From Candidatus Hadarchaeota archaeon (GTDB lineage: Archaea > Hadarchaeota > Hadarchaeia > Hadarchaeales > JAWBSP01): a DNA stretch of 64,000 bases. The position numbers were made by a program, and so were the translations under genes. This document shows, in pieces, positions 58,550 to 64,000 of the stretch. The notes below the pieces were generated by a model. That model saw only the letters and a list, made by a program, of their open reading frames with translations. It did no database searches and was not told where the DNA came from. Where the stretch lies: contig CAYYWO010000002.1 of assembly GCA_964474885.1 (NCBI GenBank), forward strand, positions 67,358 to 131,357. Direction: 5' to 3'. Position 1 is the first letter of the stretch. Every line of letters begins with the position of its first letter.

Positions 58550-59538
58550 GGCTCCTCCTCATCGGCTTTGGCAATCTGGGGAGGGGGCTGGCGAGGTCCA
58601 TCCTCGAGGGAGGAAAGTTTAAGGATCTCAAAGTGGTGGGGATCGTGGATGAAAGAGGCGGCGTTTTGAACGACGAGGGGATTGAGCTGAGGCAGGCCCT
58701 CGAGGTGGCGGAGAGCGAAGGGAGTGTGGCCAAGATGGGAATTGAAGGTTTATCAGCTGTCGAAGCCATCCGGGAGTCTGATGCTGATCTCGTGGTTGAA
58801 CTCACCCCCACTAACATAAAGACAGGGGAACCTGGATTGACCCATATAAGGACCGCGCTTGAGACGGGAAAACATGTCGTTACCTCCAACAAGGGGCCAC
58901 TTGTTATTGCCTTCAGGGAACTGCAAAAACTCGCGAGTTCCAAGGGCGTCCAGTTCAAGTACTCGGCTACGGTTGGAGGAGCCATCCCCGTCATAAGCTT
59001 GGCTCGCAGGCTGGCAAGCGGGGATGAGATCTTGGGTGTACGAGGAGTGCTGAATGGGACTACCAACTACATCCTGACCAGAATGGAAAGAGAGGGGCTC
59101 AGTCAAGATGTCGTGATAAGGGAGGCACAAGAGCTCGGCATCGCGGAGAAAGACCCCACCCTCGATATCGAGGGGATAGACACAGCCTGCAAGCTCGTGA
59201 TCCTCGCCAATTCAATCCTCGACATGGACGTAAAGCTCTCTGACGTGAAGATAACGGGCATCTCCAGGATAAGCCCCGAGGCCCTCAAGCTTGCGAGGGA
59301 GGCCGGTTACACCATAAAGCTGATAGGGAATGCGGACAAGAAGGGGCTGGACGTCAGGCCCAGGCTCGTCCCGCTGGATCACCCCCTGAACATAGGAGGC
59401 ACGCTGAACGCCGTCAGCTTCAGGCTCAGGTATGCGAGGGAAATAACCATAAGCGGGTTCGGAGCGGGGCCAGCAGAAACCTCCAGTGCCCTGCTCGCGG
59501 ATATTATGGAGGTCCTAGCCTCCTCTCCTGCCTCCTAG
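58546..59538 (+). CDS. hom: Homoserine dehydrogenase
   Basis: GFGNLG, VVTSNKGP, SATVGGAIP, LNGTTNYIL, DIEGIDTACK, GAGP. Confidence 0.94.
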   Translation: MRLLLIGFGNLGRGLARSILEGGKFKDLKVVGIVDERGGVLNDEGIELRQALEVAESEGSVAKMGIEGLSAVEAIRESDADLVVELTPTNIKTGEPGLTHIRTALETGKHVVTSNKGPLVIAFRELQKLASSKGVQFKYSATVGGAIPVISLARRLASGDEILGVRGVLNGTTNYILTRMEREGLSQDVVIREAQELGIAEKDPTLDIEGIDTACKLVILANSILDMDVKLSDVKITGISRISPEALKLAREAGYTIKLIGNADKKGLDVRPRLVPLDHPLNIGGTLNAVSFRLRYAREITISGFGAGPAETSSALLADIMEVLASSPAS

Positions 59539-59986
59539 AGCTCATTCTCCCCCTCTCGACCATGGCGTGCAGGAGCATGCGGTTGGGGACGGAGAACCAT
59601 CTGTTGCTGGCCGAGAGAATGCTGTTCAGCGCGCCTATCTCCACGAGTCTGTATTCCTTCCCGTAGAGAATTACTGGACTCCCCGGGAGGATCCTCCGGC
59701 TGAGGTGAACCCCAGCCAAGAAATCGTCCAAGAAAAGATCCTTAGCAAACCAGAGGATGAAGAACATGAAAACACCAATGATGGCGACATTCGTGAGCAG
59801 TGGTATGAGCCCCCATATGCTCAGGATCAGCCAAGTCCCGATCAACCCCAGAATGAGCAGGAGCCAGCGGTCGGCCTGAGGGCTGAAACGGGAGATCCTC
59901 GAGTGAAGAAGGGAGCCGAACCTATCCAAGGCTATTATCACCACCGCTGAAGAAACAACTTTCACCAGCAAGTCCAATGGAAACAT
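59504..59986 (-). CDS. Small MscS-family mechanosensitive channel
   Basis: Three TM segments, FLAGV, EIGALNS, VPNRML. Confidence 0.65.
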   Translation of the reverse strand: MFPLDLLVKVVSSAVVIIALDRFGSLLHSRISRFSPQADRWLLLILGLIGTWLILSIWGLIPLLTNVAIIGVFMFFILWFAKDLFLDDFLAGVHLSRRILPGSPVILYGKEYRLVEIGALNSILSASNRWFSVPNRMLLHAMVERGRMSSRRQERRLGPP

Positions 59987-60050
59987 CTAAGGATTGGACT
60001 CCGGGAGTAAATGCACGATCGACTTGGAAGGTAGCTAGATTTTGAGCCCC

Positions 60051-61763
60051 CTACTTGCCCTTGGCCTTCCTCCGCTCCTGTAACTCGTACAGCTCTGCGA
60101 TCTCCTGAACCGTGCTCGCCTGCTCCGGGGATCTGTCCTCCCGTATGCGAACAAATCTGGGGAACCTGAGGCCGAACCCGGAGGTGTGCTTCTCTTCCGG
60201 GCTAACCTGGATCTCCTCGAATTTCACCTCAAAAACGACCTTGGGCTCGAAATACGCGTCACACTCTATCTCGATGTCCACCTCATCGCTCGGCCTGGGG
60301 ATCTGCAGCGGTTTGAAGAATTCTGTCAGATTCTTGAGGTCCTCGTCCGTGTACCCGCTCCCGCACTTCGTGACGGTCTTCAGCCTCCCCGTGTCCTCAT
60401 CCCTGGCTGCCAGCACGTAGCTGCCCCAGAAGCCCGCCCTCTTCCCCTTCCCGTAGTGGGCCCCCACCACCACGAGATCTAGGGTCTCCAGCACCGGCTT
60501 CAGCTTCAGCCAGACGAACTCCCTCCTCCCCGCCCTGTAAGTTGAGTCCAAGGCCTTGGCGAGCAGGCCCTCGTGCCCCAGCCCTATGGCCCTGTCCAAG
60601 AATCTCTTTATCTCCTCCTTGTCCCCGCTCACGATCTGCTCCACCACCATCACCTTTCCGGGGATCTCCTGAACGGACTCGAGCAGGCACCTCCTCCTGA
60701 CCTCGTAGGGCTGGTCCATCAGGCACTCCCCATCCCTGAGCAGGATGTCAAAGAGGTGCAGCTGGATGGGTATCTCCTTCGCGACCTTCTCTATGTCGTA
60801 CTTCCGCCTGCGCTTGAGCACCTCCTGGAAGGGCATGGGCTTCTTCGTCCTGGGATCCACCGCCACCAGCTCCCCGTCCACTATCGCCCTCTCGTGCTTC
60901 AGGGCTTTCCTGATAGGCTCTATTAGGTCCGGAAACATGCTCGTATAGTCCTCCATCCTGCGGGTGAAGAGCCATATCCTCTCTCCGTCCTTGTGGGCCT
61001 GCATACGTATGCCGTCCAGCTTTATCTCAAAGGCACCCTTCCCGCCCAGCCTCTCCAGGATCTCGTCCAGGTCCTCAGCCCTCTGAGCGAGCATGGGGCT
61101 GACGGGATGCCCGACCGTCACGCTCAGCTTCCTCAGCTCCTCCAGACCCCTGGCCGCAGCCTCGGCGACCAGGGCGTAGTCCGTGGTCAGCATGTAGGCG
61201 TGCTCGACCTCCTCTGGGGGGATCCCGAAGGCGGAAGCTATGGCATCCCTCAGCCTCCCCTCAGCCACCCCTATCCTCAGATCCCCAAGAACTGACCTCA
61301 CGACGAATTTCGCCTCCAAGGGAGATGCGGGGGTCAGGAGCTTGGCGACGGAGGCTATCTTCCTGTCCACCGAGCCCTCCCCCGTGATCTCAGGCAGGGA
61401 ACGTATGGTCTCGAAGACCTCCCGGACCGTCAGGGGCTTGGAGAAGAGCGTGACCTGCTTTCGCTTGGAGAAGAGCTGGTAGGCCACTGCCCCGAAGTCC
61501 CCCTCTTTCTTGAGCATCTCCTCTATCTGGTTCAGCTTGTACCCCGATGCGAGGGCCAGCGCCTTCTTCAGCTGCTGGGGCCCTATGCCCGTCTCCTTGG
61601 ACTCGTAGGTCGGCCAAGCCCTGCCCAGTAGGAGGTAAATGACCCGCCTGATCTCCTCCTTGGGCGTCTGCCTCAGCAGCTCCACTATCAGGGAGTTCTT
61701 CTGCAGGTAGGAGGAGGTTTGCTCCAGCTTCTGGAGTACCTCGGCCAGAATGGAGTACCTCAT
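60051..61763 (-). CDS. lig: ATP-dependent DNA ligase
   Basis: EIKLDGIR motif I, VDGEL, FDIL, EGLLAK, WLKLK, LRFPRF..IREDR. Confidence 0.96.
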   Translation of the reverse strand: MRYSILAEVLQKLEQTSSYLQKNSLIVELLRQTPKEEIRRVIYLLLGRAWPTYESKETGIGPQQLKKALALASGYKLNQIEEMLKKEGDFGAVAYQLFSKRKQVTLFSKPLTVREVFETIRSLPEITGEGSVDRKIASVAKLLTPASPLEAKFVVRSVLGDLRIGVAEGRLRDAIASAFGIPPEEVEHAYMLTTDYALVAEAAARGLEELRKLSVTVGHPVSPMLAQRAEDLDEILERLGGKGAFEIKLDGIRMQAHKDGERIWLFTRRMEDYTSMFPDLIEPIRKALKHERAIVDGELVAVDPRTKKPMPFQEVLKRRRKYDIEKVAKEIPIQLHLFDILLRDGECLMDQPYEVRRRCLLESVQEIPGKVMVVEQIVSGDKEEIKRFLDRAIGLGHEGLLAKALDSTYRAGRREFVWLKLKPVLETLDLVVVGAHYGKGKRAGFWGSYVLAARDEDTGRLKTVTKCGSGYTDEDLKNLTEFFKPLQIPRPSDEVDIEIECDAYFEPKVVFEVKFEEIQVSPEEKHTSGFGLRFPRFVRIREDRSPEQASTVQEIAELYELQERRKAKGK

Positions 61764-63178
61764 TATCCCTTTCCCAATGCCGGCAAATAGCGGAAAAATG
61801 CTGCCAGGTTCTCCTCAAAGGCCTCTAGGAATGCCTCCACCTTCTCCTCGGGTACTTGGGCGCCGCACGCTACTGGGTGACCGCCTCCTTCCCCACCGAC
61901 CGACTCCGCCGCCTGCCTGATCGCCCTGGCCATGTCAAGCCCCCTGAGAAAAAGCAGCTTGGAGCACCGGGCCGAGACCTTCGCTACGCCCCCCTCGCAC
62001 GCGTAGCCGACCACGGGCTTGTAGGGATCCGTCAGGCCCGAGGATATGCAGAGGCTCGCGACCGTGCCGACGAACACCTCCCTCACCACTCCCGTCAGGT
62101 CGAAGTACCTAATGATCCCCCTCTTCCCCTGCTTTATCTCCCTCGACTGCAGGTGTTCCATCGCCTTGGAGAGGTGCCTTCTGTACTCGGAGAGCAGGTG
62201 CAGCATGGTGCGGTAGTACGAGCCCCTGTCCCCCTTCGCGAGCTCGAACCCAACCCTGGGCTGCTCGTGCCTGGCGGTCGAGTTCAGGCAGGTGGCGAAC
62301 TCGGAGGCATCGTAGAGGGGGGTATCCTGCCCCTCCCTTGTCAGCAGGTAGCACTCCCCCCAGATCAGGCTGGGGACGTACTCGGAGAGCTCGGGCGGGA
62401 CCGATCTCTTCGCCCTCTCGATCAGCGCCTGCGCGAGCCTCTGCCTCTCCTCCTGGGTCAGGTCAGCTATCCTCCTCCAGCTGGTCCCCTGCCTCACTTG
62501 GATCCCGAGCTCCTGCAGTATGGAGACCACGCCGGCGGGGGAGTTGCTCAGTCCCGGGATGTAGGGGTCGGAGAGGCTAACGAGGCTCTTGAAGATGGGC
62601 CTGGTGTACTTCCCGAAGAGCAGCAGATCCTCGCAGGCCCGCACTTCCCCCGCCTGCTTGCTCTCCTCCAGGATGCGCCTGTTCATCCCTCTCAGCTTCC
62701 CCCAAGCGTTCTGCAGGTCCCCGATCGCCCCTAGGACGGCGAGCTTGGACAGGTGCACATTCTCCGGGTTCAGTGTCCTCGCCAGCAGGTAGGCCATGCC
62801 CGCCCCGCTTATCTCCTGGGTCCCATCCATCCCGAGCAGGTGGGCGTTCAGGTGGATGAGGCCCGGCCAGCCCCCGTCGGAGGGCGGGTGGTGGTCGCAT
62901 ATTATGACCTCCCTGCCCTTCCAGGGCTCCAGGTTCGGGAGCTGGGAGCTACCCAGGTCCAGGAAGATGGTGAACTCCCCCGGATCTATCTGCTCCACCA
63001 CATCCCGGTAGAGCATGCGCACGAACCTGACGTTGTGCTCGATGTGCTCCCTCTCCAGGGCCAGGGAGATCAGGGCAGCCGCGCAGACGCCATCCGCATC
63101 CATGTGGGAGATCAGCTCGACCTGATCGTTCCTGTGCTTGCGGATGAGCTCCGAGGCCCGCCTGAGAAGGGGGAACAT
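61763..63178 (-). CDS. RecJ-like (GAN/Cdc45-type) DHH nuclease
   Basis: SHMDADG, FLDLGS, ICDHH, GAIGD, KVSAR, GGGHPVACGA. Confidence 0.88.
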   Translation of the reverse strand: MFPLLRRASELIRKHRNDQVELISHMDADGVCAAALISLALEREHIEHNVRFVRMLYRDVVEQIDPGEFTIFLDLGSSQLPNLEPWKGREVIICDHHPPSDGGWPGLIHLNAHLLGMDGTQEISGAGMAYLLARTLNPENVHLSKLAVLGAIGDLQNAWGKLRGMNRRILEESKQAGEVRACEDLLLFGKYTRPIFKSLVSLSDPYIPGLSNSPAGVVSILQELGIQVRQGTSWRRIADLTQEERQRLAQALIERAKRSVPPELSEYVPSLIWGECYLLTREGQDTPLYDASEFATCLNSTARHEQPRVGFELAKGDRGSYYRTMLHLLSEYRRHLSKAMEHLQSREIKQGKRGIIRYFDLTGVVREVFVGTVASLCISSGLTDPYKPVVGYACEGGVAKVSARCSKLLFLRGLDMARAIRQAAESVGGEGGGHPVACGAQVPEEKVEAFLEAFEENLAAFFRYLPALGKG

Positions 63179-63275
63179 GCCTTCTATCTAGTCGCTCTTG
63201 CTTTTATCCCTTGGACGTAGCATAACGCTGGGGCTGTGGATCCCAAAAATTTTTCACTCACACACGGGGGTTAGG

Positions 63276-63587
63276 ATGACGGAGACCTTGAGTTCGGATG
63301 AAATACTGAGAAGAATTGAAGAAAGCAGGGACGAAATCAAGAAATTTGGAGTCAGGAGGATAGGCTTATTCGGTTCCTGCGCTGAGGGTGGACAGAAGAA
63401 AGAGAGCGATGTAGACATACTGGTAGAGTTCGAGAGGGGAAAGAAAACCTTTGACAACTACATGGAATTGAAATTCTTTCTGGAAGATCTGTTCGACCGT
63501 AAAGTCGATCTCGTGATCCTGGAATCCTTAAAACCGGATTTGAAGCCCCACATACTGAGAAGCGTGAAATATGCCGCGGGAGTATAA
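63276..63587 (+). CDS. MNT antitoxin
   Basis: [20 protein letters not shown]; start ATG 63276. Confidence 0.88.
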   Translation: MTETLSSDEILRRIEESRDEIKKFGVRRIGLFGSCAEGGQKKESDVDILVEFERGKKTFDNYMELKFFLEDLFDRKVDLVILESLKPDLKPHILRSVKYAAGV

Positions 63588-63910
63588 GGATCTACTTGAA
63601 GGACATACTCGAGGCGATAGACAAGATCGAAAGGTACACAAGAGGTCTAAACTTCGAGGAGTTTTCAAACAACGAGCTGATTCAGGACGGCGTGATAAGA
63701 AACCTCGAAATAATAGGGGAGGCTGTGAAAAATCTGCCAGATGAGTTGAGGAAAGGTTACCCAGAAGTAGAGTGGAGGAAGATAGCCGGTCTCAGGGATA
63801 TCCTTATCCATGCCTATTTCGGTGTGGACCTAGAGGTTGTCTGGGATATAGTGAAAAATAAGGTCCCGGAGCTGAAGAAAGTGGTGGGAAAAATCCTTTC
63901 AAACCTGTGA
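63571..63910 (+). pseudogene. HepT/DUF86 toxin with one extra base in codons 5-7 (frameshifted, or restarted at TTG 63596)
   Basis: ATG 63571 gives MPREY(K) out of frame with [10 protein letters not shown]...RDILIHAY by one nucleotide. Confidence 0.6.
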
Positions 63911-63970
63911 TTTAGCGCTGGAGGTGGACATGACGCTCAAAGGAAACAATACCTTCTTGGGACAGAATTT

Positions 63971-64000
63971 ATGGCGACCATGAAAGCGGTCGAGCTCACG
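63971..64000 (+). CDS. Possible start of a gene running off the window edge (MATMKAVELT)
   Basis: ATG with 10 open codons only. Confidence 0.2.
   Translation, partial: MATMKAVELT

Noticed and set aside
1-64000. tRNA, rRNA, CRISPR arrays, inteins, Sec/Pyl read-through
   Set aside because: Intergenic gaps show no T-loop/anticodon-arm pattern or spaced repeats; NrdD, ligase and KaiC lengths leave no room for inteins; no homology continues past TGA/TAG stops

Overview
Gene-dense archaeal chromosome window (histone, eIF5A, exosome/proteasome superoperon, archaeal ADH-synthase/DHQ-synthase-II shikimate route, ATP-dependent ligase); the lineage cannot be fixed without a search. 1-9.1 kb: visibly lower-GC surface-glycan cluster (three GT4s, gmd, perosamine-type aminotransferase, methyltransferase, nucleotidyltransferase, short UDP-sugar dehydrogenase). 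9.2-22 kb: KaiC-like/HTH pair, proS, purU, prolidase, proBAC, coaD, dCMP deaminase, thyX, a divergent HTH regulator and class III RNR (nrdG, nrdD). 22-38 kb: nadE, aro/phe/tyr genes, an RDD-glycoside hydrolase fusion, udg, panB and trpEGDCFBA. 38-57 kb: histone, eIF5A, Nob1, transporters, glyS, tRNA-modification genes and the exosome superoperon interrupted by a solo TnpB. 57-64 kb: two MNT-HepT pairs around a tiny Cys-rich ORF, ACT/hom, mscS, lig and a RecJ-like DHH gene. Best candidate for an undescribed system: a wHTH plus YwgA/Panacea-like fusion protein whose divergent promoter with nrdGD carries three TGTTAC-N6/7-GTA(A/G)C palindromes, i.e. a possible non-NrdR archaeal regulator of dNTP synthesis. 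Other highlights: an uncalled 42-aa CCPxCPYY-repeat protein, a TnpB with RuvC-III Asp->His and a structured omega-RNA region, a double-zinc-ribbon RpoP, and a tailed short-alpha2 histone. All calls come from motif recognition by eye; no database search was run.
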